A DNA stretch of 64,000 nucleotides from the NCBI GenBank assembly GCA_965657355.1, contig CBFHOE010000002.1, positions 411,856 to 475,855 on the forward strand, given 5' to 3'. Made by a program: the position numbers and the translations under genes. This DNA comes from Limisphaerales bacterium (GTDB taxonomy: Bacteria; Verrucomicrobiota; Verrucomicrobiia; Limisphaerales; JAJOIW01). The notes beneath the pieces are model-generated. The model did no database searches. It was not told the DNA's origin and worked only from the letters and a program-made list of their open reading frames with translations. Shown one piece after another: positions 38,999 through 48,720 of the stretch (position 1 is the first letter of the stretch; each line of letters opens with the position of its first letter).

Positions 38999-40492
38999 TT
39001 ACGACGAAATATCTGAAACATCGTTTTTATCTGGTTTTGCCCTGTATTGAGCCCCCAAAGAAGTGGTTAATAAAATGCGGTTTAACAAGCGCTGGCGAAA
39101 GACATCAAGGCGACTTATTCTAGATTGCAACAAAAGGTATTCATTTTCCAAAACCTCTATCCTGGTTCCGACACCTAGTTTATATTTTTGCTTCGCAGAG
39201 AATAGCAACCTCTCGCTCTCAGCCAAGTTTTGTTCTGCCAATAGAAATGATTCGGACAGGACCTTTTCGTTATCCAAAGCATTTTCCACCTCGGAAAAAG
39301 CGGTTTGAACAGATTGTAAATAACGCGCAAAAACTTCCTTTTCATTTGCCTTCGAGATATTTAATGAAGCTTTCAGTTTTCCATAATCAAAAATAGGACG
39401 TGCGACGTTACCTCCAAGACTCCATACTGAAAAATCCAAATCGGTTAGATCTGAAAGTTGATCAGAACTCGTTCCAGCTGAACTAGTCAGAGCAATCCTT
39501 GGAAAAAGGGAAGCTTTGGACTGGTTGACTCTTTTGCCGGCAGCAAGTAATCGCTTTTTAGCTGCAACTAAATCAGGCCGGTTTTCCAAAAGGTCCGAGG
39601 GCAAACCATGCCTAACGGGAGTGAGATTTTGGGGGAGCTGACCCAATAATTCAATCTGTCCATTTGGATACCCACCAAGAATGGACTCCAGTTTCCGCAA
39701 AGCATCCCTGTGATTTTTTTCGGCTTGAATTTCGTTTGTCCTAGCATTTTTGAGGACGACCCGAGCGCTTCTCAAGCTATCTCCATTGCTGAGACCGCTA
39801 TCATACCTTTGACTCGTGACACGGACTAAATCCTGCCTATTCAGCGCCATCAGGGAGACCAACTCATGAAACTCATCTGCGTAATGGGCGTTAACCCACA
39901 TCTGTAAATACGATGATAAAAGGGAATGCCTCAACCATTTAAAATCTGCTTCCACTGATTCTAAGGACAAAACAGACGCCTCTTTCGCGTTTTTTAGGCG
40001 ACCCCAAAAGTCAATTTCCCACTGGCTGGCCAATGTGAGGTTATATGAAGTGAATTGGGTAGAAAGTGGACCAGTGTTGCCGGGTATAGGCAAACCAATA
40101 AAATTTTGCTGATTTTTGCTCCCCCCGATTGATGCTGTAAATTCTGGAAACCTATCAGCACCTGCGATCTGGGCTTGAGCTAAAGCAGATTCCACCCTAC
40201 TGAATGCTGCCAATAATTCGAAATTCTCCCCGAAAAGCATTTCAATTTGAGGTAACAATTCCTCAATCGGGAAATCGCCCCAAGGCGTAAGCCCGTCATC
40301 GTCAATTCCTTCAACAATATCATGGTCAAAATTCGAGCTGGAGTAGCGACTTGGCACCATGGATTGTGCGGTGACCTCCATGTCGGCAATACGGGTAGTT
40401 GATTGGCATGCAGATAGTAGCGCCAGTAACGATACAAAAAATAATTGCTTTTTTATTTTTGGGATTCCCTTTCCAATACGACCTTTGATCAT
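38999..40492 (-). CDS. Outer membrane efflux protein (TolC/NodT-family lipoprotein)
   Basis: The start was moved to the Met at 40492 (MIKGRIGKGIPKIKKQLFFVSLLALLSAC lipobox). The body has the duplicated OEP repeat architecture. Its stop abuts the MFP start. Confidence 0.8.
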   Translation of the reverse strand: MIKGRIGKGIPKIKKQLFFVSLLALLSACQSTTRIADMEVTAQSMVPSRYSSSNFDHDIVEGIDDDGLTPWGDFPIEELLPQIEMLFGENFELLAAFSRVESALAQAQIAGADRFPEFTASIGGSKNQQNFIGLPIPGNTGPLSTQFTSYNLTLASQWEIDFWGRLKNAKEASVLSLESVEADFKWLRHSLLSSYLQMWVNAHYADEFHELVSLMALNRQDLVRVTSQRYDSGLSNGDSLRSARVVLKNARTNEIQAEKNHRDALRKLESILGGYPNGQIELLGQLPQNLTPVRHGLPSDLLENRPDLVAAKKRLLAAGKRVNQSKASLFPRIALTSSAGTSSDQLSDLTDLDFSVWSLGGNVARPIFDYGKLKASLNISKANEKEVFARYLQSVQTAFSEVENALDNEKVLSESFLLAEQNLAESERLLFSAKQKYKLGVGTRIEVLENEYLLLQSRISRLDVFRQRLLNRILLTTSLGAQYRAKPDKNDVSDISS

Positions 40493-40908
40493 GTGCTTCC
40501 GATAATAATCTTTCACACATATGAAAGATTTCCACAAAGACTTATTCATCAAATTTTTCCCTGCATTCAAAAACCCTTAAATCTGAGCTAAAAATTATGA
40601 TTAAGGCTTGTTCCTGATAGCATAACAAAAGCACCCGCACCTCAAAAAACACTAAGTTTCTTTAATAAACAAAAGAGAATATGGCAATTTGGACAAGTAA
40701 CCGGTCTCGATCTAAACGCACCAGAGGAAAAATAATAAGCTTTTTTTCGAATAAGCACTTTCACTTTATGAATAGACTCCTGCACTAGTTTTGAAGCTTA
40801 GTGCAGCCACAATACCCTTGTGCTACAAAGTATTTTGATTTTTATCGTATATACAGCTATTAACTTTGTCTTTTTTGAGCTTTTAATGCCCCACAATAAT
40901 CAGATCAA

Positions 40909-41421
40909 TTATTTTTTCAGTTGGCATTGAAGAATGACAACATCTCTCCATCCGTCGAATTTATAACCTGCTTCTTTAAGGTAACCGGCTTGCTCATAGC
41001 CCAAGGCTTTGTGCAAACTTATTGAGGCCTGATTTGTGGAGTCGATCTTAGCAATTATGGAATGTTTACCCATCTCTTTTGCTTTTGATATAACGGCCAA
41101 AAGCAACATTTTTCCAACACCTTTCCCACATTGGCTGGCAAGCACAAACACGGCATTTTCAACCGTGTAACAATACCCCTTGCGTGAATTAAATGGTGTT
41201 AGCGAACTCCAACCAAGAACATCACCCGCCCTGTCCTCAACGACATAAACTGGATACCCAGCTTTCTCATGTTCCACCATCCAATGAAGGCGCATCTCTT
41301 TTGTCTCAAAATCAAGATCGTAGGTCGCGAGTGTCGCAACACTTTCATTGTAGATATCAGATATTTCCGGCGCATCCCGAAACTCTGCTCTTCTTAAAAC
41401 AAATTCGGATTTCTTATCCAT
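40909..41421 (-). CDS. GNAT-family N-acetyltransferase (phosphinothricin acetyltransferase-like)
   Basis: It has the acetyl-CoA motif QCGKGVGKMLL and a PAT-like N-terminus LRRAEFRDAPEISDIYN. It is 2 nt downstream of rnr. Confidence 0.8.
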   Translation of the reverse strand: MDKKSEFVLRRAEFRDAPEISDIYNESVATLATYDLDFETKEMRLHWMVEHEKAGYPVYVVEDRAGDVLGWSSLTPFNSRKGYCYTVENAVFVLASQCGKGVGKMLLLAVISKAKEMGKHSIIAKIDSTNQASISLHKALGYEQAGYLKEAGYKFDGWRDVVILQCQLKK

Positions 41422-41423
41422 CG

Positions 41424-43739
41424 CTATGATGCGGGCTTTCTTTTTCTTTTTGTTCTAGTCACTGATTTATTATAGCGACTAGATTTCGCTTTTGACGGCT
41501 TGAAAGTGAGTCCCCCTCCCACTTTTTTTGTTTTCTGTCTTTGGCTGGAATACGATGTTTCTTGGCTGGTATCCGGGCTGGAGTATGAACGCCTTTTTAT
41601 TCTTCTGGCGCCGGTTCCTTTTAAATCAGCTAATGAAAAATCAAAAAGTCGTCTGGCTTTATCTATTTTAAGCACGTTGACTTTTATTTTGTCTCCCATT
41701 CGATATTTTTTCCCAGAATGCCTAGATTCAATGCAGGATTGTCTTGCGTTATGCTTAAAAGATTCCACGCCCATAGCCCGAATCGGAACAACTCCACTAA
41801 TCCCCAGTTCTGGAAGGTCGATCCACAACCCCTTGGGCCGGACATCGATAACAACCGCCATGAATGTGCCATGGTCCGGATCGCTTTTGATTCGCTCCAA
41901 GTATTTTTGAAGCTTTACCATCTTACTATCGGTTTCGGCATCTGAAGAATTCCTCTCCGTCCATGAAATATGATCTGCCACTTTCACAAAACCATCCTCA
42001 TCCCTACTGGTTTTTTCGAAAACACACCGATGAACCACAAGGTCAGCATATCTTCGGATTGGCGAGGTAAAATGGGTGTAATCTTTTTTTGCTAACCCAT
42101 AATGGCCGAGTGGTTTTGTCGAATACCGTGCACGTTTCATGCTCCGTAAAACGGAAACCGACAAGGCAGACGCCGCAGGGTGTTTTTTGATTCTACTTAT
42201 TGCCTTTACTAAGTTCTCTGGCTTGCTCAGGCCTTTTGAAGGCAACCTGTTTTTGGCTAATATTTCTTCAAGTTCTCGGATTCTTTCCTTTGCAGGCTCC
42301 TCATGAACTCGAAATATTGCCTTCGTTTTTCTTTTTTTAAGTTCTTTTGCCACGCATTCATTGGCTAAGAGCATGAACTCCTCGATAAGCTGGTGTGACT
42401 CATCATTATACATGACATCAATCCGGCTAACTTCGCCGTCTTTATTGAGTCGTATCTTTCTGTCTGGGAAATCTAAATCAAGGGAACCGTTTATCAATCT
42501 TCTCCCCCGACACTTACTTGCAATCTCCCACCCAAGTTCAATAATTTTATCTGTTGCAGATTTACCGCCTTCGTCGATGACCTGCATAGCTTCCTCGTAG
42601 GTATACCTCTTTTTAGAATGGATAACGGCAGGATACAAACTGTATTCCAGAACCATGCCGGAAGGATCAATTAGAATCTCAGCACACTTTGTCAACCTAT
42701 CTACTTTAGGCTGTAATGAACACAAACCATTACTTAAAACTTCAGGCAACATCGGAATGACTCTATCAACGAGATAGGTTGAGTTTCCTCTTTTTTCAGC
42801 TTCTCTATCTAACTTCGAACCTGGCCTAACAAAATGTGATACATCTGCGATGTGAACCCACACCCTGAAGCTACCATCTCTCTCCTGCCTCACGAAGATG
42901 GCATCATCAAAATCACGGGCATCATCAGGATCGATTGTGACTACCTTATGCTTACGACAATCCTTTCTTCCTACATAATCCTCTTTTCTTAAAACTTCTG
43001 GAAGTGATTTAGCTTCATTAAGAACGTGCGATGAAAACCTTTTCGGTAAAGCATACTGTGCGATTATCCCTGCAATATCTACGCCCTTTGCATCTGCCGG
43101 ACCCAAAACAGTGACTAGTCTGCCACGAGGGGCGTCCCCATCACCTCCATAGTATTCAATGTGAACGACGACTTTATCGCCTTTGGATGGTGATAATTTT
43201 GCCTTTTTCCCATCGATGATGATTTTATTGGGAAATCTCGGATCATCTGGGATACAGATTTCCTCTCTGTCATCGAATGTAAATTGTCCAACGACTTCAA
43301 CAAAAGCTCGCTCGAGAACGGTTGTTATCTTGCCTCGGATTTCAAAATCGATAGATCTACGGCCACGACCTGGACGGACAGGTTTTACCCGAACTCTGAC
43401 CAAATCATTCAAGAAAGCACCCTTGTCCCCCCCCCTTGGGATATACACTTCACTTTTATTTCTATCATCCGGAATAACTATACCATCTCCATTCTTGCGG
43501 GGCTTATACCGACCCACAACGTAATCACTTTCCTGAGCAATGGATACACGCCTGCTCCCTTTTTTCACGAGACGCCCTTCATCGACTAACTGGTAAATAC
43601 GCCTCTCAAAATCATCGAAATTCTTGCGTTTTACACCACACTTGGCGGCCAAAGAATCAATGTTTAATGACGGGTGCTCAGCCTCTCGTAATACGTCGAA
43701 TAATCGATCGTTAATCTCCACATTTTTACTCAATATCAA
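41424..43739 (-). CDS. rnr: Ribonuclease R
   Basis: It has an N-terminal wHTH, cold-shock-like domains, an RNB catalytic domain (DFDDAIFV, HIADVSHFV, SPIRRYADL), an S1 domain and a Lys/Arg/Ser-rich tail. Confidence 0.9.
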   Translation of the reverse strand: MILSKNVEINDRLFDVLREAEHPSLNIDSLAAKCGVKRKNFDDFERRIYQLVDEGRLVKKGSRRVSIAQESDYVVGRYKPRKNGDGIVIPDDRNKSEVYIPRGGDKGAFLNDLVRVRVKPVRPGRGRRSIDFEIRGKITTVLERAFVEVVGQFTFDDREEICIPDDPRFPNKIIIDGKKAKLSPSKGDKVVVHIEYYGGDGDAPRGRLVTVLGPADAKGVDIAGIIAQYALPKRFSSHVLNEAKSLPEVLRKEDYVGRKDCRKHKVVTIDPDDARDFDDAIFVRQERDGSFRVWVHIADVSHFVRPGSKLDREAEKRGNSTYLVDRVIPMLPEVLSNGLCSLQPKVDRLTKCAEILIDPSGMVLEYSLYPAVIHSKKRYTYEEAMQVIDEGGKSATDKIIELGWEIASKCRGRRLINGSLDLDFPDRKIRLNKDGEVSRIDVMYNDESHQLIEEFMLLANECVAKELKKRKTKAIFRVHEEPAKERIRELEEILAKNRLPSKGLSKPENLVKAISRIKKHPAASALSVSVLRSMKRARYSTKPLGHYGLAKKDYTHFTSPIRRYADLVVHRCVFEKTSRDEDGFVKVADHISWTERNSSDAETDSKMVKLQKYLERIKSDPDHGTFMAVVIDVRPKGLWIDLPELGISGVVPIRAMGVESFKHNARQSCIESRHSGKKYRMGDKIKVNVLKIDKARRLFDFSLADLKGTGARRIKRRSYSSPDTSQETSYSSQRQKTKKVGGGLTFKPSKAKSSRYNKSVTRTKRKRKPAS

Positions 43740-43841
43740 TACCTTTCTATGGAATCACCCCATTTTTACCCTCCACAAGCAAGTAAATAAATCTGCTCTT
43801 CCTACTTTGCCTTCCCTCAACTTTTCATGCAAAATGGCTCT

Positions 43842-43937
43842 GGAGAGTGAAAGGTGCCTGGTGGTCCTCGCGGTCTTCAAAACCGTGGTGAGTCGCTTCA
43901 ACGGGTCAGGTAGGTTCGATTCCTACCCTCTCCGCCA
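43842..43937 (+). tRNA. selC: tRNA with UCA anticodon and long variable arm: tRNA-Sec-like (selC candidate)
   Basis: A hand fold gives the following. Acceptor GGAGAGTG/CCCTCTCC has a U-C mismatch at position 7. The D stem is 6 bp with one bulge and closes the loop TGGT. The anticodon stem is 6 bp, CGCGGT/ACCGTG, with loop CTTCAAA. The variable arm is long, 47-68. The T arm is (G)TAGG-TTCGATT-CCTA(C). The G-CCA end is encoded. Confidence 0.75.
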
Positions 43938-44423
43938 ATTACCGCGCCGAGCTAAAATATACCACAAACACACCTCAATTTGTGGGGCAAACGAGGTAAG
44001 TTTTGAAGCTATGTTTATTCTTCCCAGTAGTATTTTTTTGCTGCTTTCGCCCCACCTCAAGTATTGCTCCAGCAGTTACCCTTTAAAAACATCTTCAATA
44101 AATCCAGCAAGCCAAATAGTTTTTAATAAGGTAGACGCTTTTTAATTTCATATTTTCCAAGTCCTGGTCATCAAAACCAGACACTATCAATAGGGGAGGA
44201 GAAAGCAGAAAAATAAAAATCCTGACGATTCCAGCCTAAAAAATCCAACGCATATTTTAGTTTCCCATATTTGCCAGGAAATACTTTTAGTGTCATATAA
44301 GAAACAGGTAATAAGACTTCTAGATGGAGCATGGCTGAAGCTCGGTTTAATCTCGAATGACTCGAGGATCAAACTGAATTATTATCTACCATTCGGTCTA
44401 ACCGATTTTCAGATTTAAGAACA

Positions 44424-46571
44424 TTATTCACTTGAGCTGTGGATTATAGATTTTGCCCAATCAACGAATATATTCTGCTGCGAGGCTTGAAAACTGTTGA
44501 TTTCATCTGGGAACCGCCAGGTTACTAATTTATTGCTCTCCACTAACCCTTTCATACTCTTATTTATCTGAAAATAATCTGCAAACCTATCCCGTTTCGG
44601 TGTAACGATAAGACAAGGTTTTTGTGAAGCCATTTTCAAAATATCTTTGTTGTCAATTGGGATATCACCTTCACGCCCATGATAGATTCCAAGCCGTGGG
44701 GCCAGTGCGTGGAGATTCCAGAGATCAGAGTTGTCCGAAGTCCTCATAGGAGACCAACCACTAAAACAAGCAAAACCAGATATGTTTTCATCCAAAGCTG
44801 CTGTGTACATAGCCACCAAAGAACCAACTGAATAACCTAGTAAAAATACTCTGTCAGGATCTAATTTTGGAATAGTGTTTTGCGACGAGCCTTTGCCATA
44901 TATGGCAAATTGCACAGCGGCTTGAGCATCCTCTACCATGCGACCAAGTCGAGACCATCTAGGATATTTATCATAGAATGTTGTGCCCTCCAAAAGTCTC
45001 AATCCGAATCCACATTGATCATAAGCAATAACTGCAAAGCCATTTTGCGCCAGTCTATTGTACACCGTTGTTCCCTGCACACCGTAACCTTCATTGTAAC
45101 CACTGTGATAGGAATAAGGATGGAGCCAAATTACCACTGGCATTGGATCAGCTTGGTTCTCGTTAAAATAAAGATTGCCTTTTACATGGCTTCCAAAGTT
45201 TATGGGCACCCTTTTTACATCGCCAGGTTTCCATCGATCGTGAGTCATCAGTTCTGATTCCTCTTTGGTCAAAAATTCTAATTGGTCGGATTTGGTTATA
45301 GATAGAGGTTTTTCCCCAAGTATCCACTTTATTTTTTCCTTAACAGGTGCATCATCGCTCAATATAAGATCATCCTCGTTCTGATTGGATCGCCACACAT
45401 TCCAATTAAAATCATGCAGTAATTCCTCTTTAAAATCAGAGGAGCCAGGATCACCTCTTTCGAATGCATGATCGATCCAATCGAGGTTGCGTTTCCGGTC
45501 CTCAAAAGAGATCTTATCTTTTCCGACCGACGAATGACCACCAGTTCTATAGTCGAGATGTAATTTCTGTTTGTGCCCCAAGAATTCGTATACGGCCCGG
45601 CCCTCGACAAATGCCTTTTCAACAGCAAAAGTCGGCTCAGCTCCATCATTATGTGCTGTATGTATCAAGCAATGGCGTGGAGCAATCAGGGCATACCATC
45701 CATGGGCATCTATCGGTAATTTATCTTCACTTCCATTGTATTGTTTTAGAGAGGGCAGAAACCATTCACTTGGAAAGTCAGATGGAGTTTCAGCAAAGGT
45801 GTTTCGACTAGTGAGTCTGTATGGGCTGGACGCTGGGGATCCGGGGCTTCTTGCGACAACACAGGCAATACGTTTATCAAAAGCCGCTGCTATCATCGCC
45901 TGTTTTCCGTACCTTGAAAAACCAATAATTGAAATCTGTTTTGGTTTAATTTTAATGACACTTTGCGAGCTTGTGAGGTAATCGATACAACGACTAGCCA
46001 GCCATCCCTTTGTGCTAATCTCGGTCCAGGTGGCATTCGGATATTCATTTCTAAAAGACTCCCAAACACTTTCGTAACCAGGATAATTATTTTCCTGGTG
46101 GTGGCTATCAACGCCGGGGAACAAACAAACGGCATATCCTCGCTTTAATGCATCTTCAGCCCAAAGTAACTGATAATCTTTTGGTGCTGTTAAAAGTAAT
46201 GGAAACGGGCCATCTCCGTGGGGAATCCAGAGTTCCATCTCGAAAGACGCCTTATTTGTAGTACTCAAGATTATCTTTATTCTTTGTCGTCTGGATCCAT
46301 CTGAAAGTTTCTCCTCAGAGGTTATTTCAGAATCAGCTATCTTGGGAGTCTCTTCAGGGAATGTTCCAACAAAATATCTAATTAAAAGTGAATGAATCTC
46401 ATCTTTGCGATTTTCCCAATCTCTCATTATCTCTACTTTTTTCCCACTTAAGAAGTTCAATAGAGGAGGAAGGTCTTGTCGTGAATATTGATTTTCTTGG
46501 CCCACCGCACCAGGGCTAGTGATTGAAAGAAGTATCACAAAGACAATAATGCAAGATATACCTTTTCTCAT
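44424..46571 (-). CDS. Two-module alpha/beta-hydrolase: N-terminal CE15-like (glucuronoyl esterase-type) module plus a second serine hydrolase module
   Basis: It has a signal peptide, a first nucleophile elbow IGFSRYGKQA (CE15 G-x-S-R-x-G pattern) and a second elbow LLGYSVGSLVA in the C-terminal half. Confidence 0.6.
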   Translation of the reverse strand: MRKGISCIIVFVILLSITSPGAVGQENQYSRQDLPPLLNFLSGKKVEIMRDWENRKDEIHSLLIRYFVGTFPEETPKIADSEITSEEKLSDGSRRQRIKIILSTTNKASFEMELWIPHGDGPFPLLLTAPKDYQLLWAEDALKRGYAVCLFPGVDSHHQENNYPGYESVWESFRNEYPNATWTEISTKGWLASRCIDYLTSSQSVIKIKPKQISIIGFSRYGKQAMIAAAFDKRIACVVARSPGSPASSPYRLTSRNTFAETPSDFPSEWFLPSLKQYNGSEDKLPIDAHGWYALIAPRHCLIHTAHNDGAEPTFAVEKAFVEGRAVYEFLGHKQKLHLDYRTGGHSSVGKDKISFEDRKRNLDWIDHAFERGDPGSSDFKEELLHDFNWNVWRSNQNEDDLILSDDAPVKEKIKWILGEKPLSITKSDQLEFLTKEESELMTHDRWKPGDVKRVPINFGSHVKGNLYFNENQADPMPVVIWLHPYSYHSGYNEGYGVQGTTVYNRLAQNGFAVIAYDQCGFGLRLLEGTTFYDKYPRWSRLGRMVEDAQAAVQFAIYGKGSSQNTIPKLDPDRVFLLGYSVGSLVAMYTAALDENISGFACFSGWSPMRTSDNSDLWNLHALAPRLGIYHGREGDIPIDNKDILKMASQKPCLIVTPKRDRFADYFQINKSMKGLVESNKLVTWRFPDEINSFQASQQNIFVDWAKSIIHSSSE

Positions 46572-47203
46572 AACAAATAATTACAATGTCAATCATAACT
46601 GGTATTAATCGCTTTGTGAATAAAGAGTGTCAGAATCTGCAGATATTGGATCTCTGTTAAAACTCCAATACCAATAGAATGCTATAAGAATTATGCCCGG
46701 TAAAATTTCGGGTTTTTATACGATTGTCGCTTACAATCTCTAACCAAAATCTCACCAGAATATGGTTGCCGTCACTTTTCGTTTGAATTTCTGGAACAAT
46801 CCTGAAGGGCAAAAAGGACATCAGCACATTCAATTTTTTCCACTGCAAAAGCAAAAGACCTTTGGAGATTGGAAAGAATTAAAAATGCACAGTCGAAATA
46901 GGTTTAAGTTTATACCCAAACACTTTCCGTGGGTAGTCATTCTGGCAGTCAGCTCATACTGAAAGTATCTTGTTTATCAAGATACCTGCTCAATTCAAAT
47001 TTTTATCTTGTTGGAATTAGAGAAACAATAGTTTCGTCTGAATCATATGGCTGTTCAAATTCGACTTCCGTTTAATACATTTGAAAAAATGTAAGATACG
47101 TGTTTATTTTTGATGAGTTTACAACTGATTACCTCGGCATCACTCAATACCGCTCAGAAATGAATTACGATTGATTGCTTAAAAAATTGAATCAAAGAGA
47201 ATC

Positions 47204-48544
47204 ATGACAATACGACACGCTTTCGCCATAAGCATTGCTTTTATTTGTGGACAAACAGATCTTTTTTCAAATGAAAGTGCCCGCCAGTTAAATTTATTAC
47301 AAAAGATTTCTCTTGGATTAAAGTCACCTACGGTTTTGAAGCTTGATCAGTTACCCAGTGATTTGGTCGCTGATAAGGCGGTTGGTGTGCTACGACACCA
47401 ACTATTGGAAGGCGAGGTAATTCATATCGCCAAAAAAGGCGTTCGCGGTTTATTCGAGACTAGAGCAGTGAGAACACCGAAAGGAGATCTCCTATTGATG
47501 TTTCCTGAGGGAAACCATTACGCTGCCGGTCCCGGCAAAGTGAATGACATGATCGCCTATCGGTCCAAGGATAACGGAAAAACTTGGGATGGCCCCACGG
47601 TGGCATTCAATATTGACTATAGTCAACACGGATTTATCCCTCTCATACCGAAAGGCAGCAATCGAATCTATGCTTTTGGAACACAGCCAATTCCAGATAA
47701 ATATAGCAGAGAGAAAGGAAAATTTGAAAATACTCCAATTGGATTTCGATGGTCAGACGATGATGGGATTTCCTGGAGCGATGCCACATTGATTAAACCC
47801 ACCAATGATCCTGGTTTTCTTGGCATGTCAGTGACTCGTATGTGCGAAACAGCAAGTGGTGCGTGGATTCTCGGTTCGCATTCAGCAGATTGGTCAAAAA
47901 AACCATTAGAGACCCAGCAATATATCTTACGAAGCGAGGACCAAGGTCGCTCATGGACATTGTTGCCTGGCGTGAGACCAAATGGATGGTTTGCACCTGA
48001 TTTCAAAAGAATGGACGAAGGCCGCCCAATTTGGGTTGGCGGGAGCGAGGTTTTATTTATGGCGAGAACACCTGCGGGGCAGATATGGACGGCTCGAAGT
48101 TTCGATGACGGCCAGACATGGTCGACACCAAAGCCATCATCCCTCGTGCACCCCGATGCTCCTCCTATGGTCTATCATCTCAGTGATAAAAAAACTTTAA
48201 TTACCTTTTTTCACAACCGACATATCGGCACGCAATACACCGGATTATCTGGAACTATGGATGGGATGAAGGACCGTTCAGAAATCTGGATCTCCCTTTC
48301 CAAAGACGGAGGCCGGCATTGGTCAGAACCCAGATTCTTGTTCGCCAACGCGACTCGACCTAATCCAGAAAAAAATGGATGGTTTAATCATCAAGTCTCT
48401 TATCTTGATGCTGTCATCGACAATAGGACGATTCACATCTTCTGCCCCCACTTATGGAATCGTGCGGTTTATTTAAAAATCTCAGAATCAAATTTAAACA
48501 AACTCCCCACTAAAGCCATGCTGAACCGGATGCAGAATAATTGA
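47204..48544 (+). CDS. BNR/Asp-box repeat glycoside hydrolase-like protein (sialidase superfamily)
   Basis: Five Asp-boxes are present: SKDNGKTW, SDDDGISW, SEDQGRSW, SFDDGQTW and SKDGGRHW. It has an N-terminal signal-like segment. Confidence 0.7.
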   Translation: MTIRHAFAISIAFICGQTDLFSNESARQLNLLQKISLGLKSPTVLKLDQLPSDLVADKAVGVLRHQLLEGEVIHIAKKGVRGLFETRAVRTPKGDLLLMFPEGNHYAAGPGKVNDMIAYRSKDNGKTWDGPTVAFNIDYSQHGFIPLIPKGSNRIYAFGTQPIPDKYSREKGKFENTPIGFRWSDDDGISWSDATLIKPTNDPGFLGMSVTRMCETASGAWILGSHSADWSKKPLETQQYILRSEDQGRSWTLLPGVRPNGWFAPDFKRMDEGRPIWVGGSEVLFMARTPAGQIWTARSFDDGQTWSTPKPSSLVHPDAPPMVYHLSDKKTLITFFHNRHIGTQYTGLSGTMDGMKDRSEIWISLSKDGGRHWSEPRFLFANATRPNPEKNGWFNHQVSYLDAVIDNRTIHIFCPHLWNRAVYLKISESNLNKLPTKAMLNRMQNN

Positions 48545-48720
48545 TAATCGCTTGCTCTGGAATTGAAATATACCGACTGAAGCAACACCCGGTTCCTCGG
48601 ACTAGGGAAAAGTGACGAATCTACCACCTAGACCGACAATTACCTTGTTCCATATTTATTCTTGGACAAAAGATTCTAGTTTTATCTAACCCAAGGAAAT
48701 GACAAAACTAAAACAAATGG

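Noticed and set aside
43624-44145. A 173-aa plus-strand ORF from the track.
   Set aside because: It runs straight through the tRNA-Sec-like gene and low-complexity AT-rich DNA. The composition is not protein-like and the start lies inside the rnr 5' end on the opposite strand.
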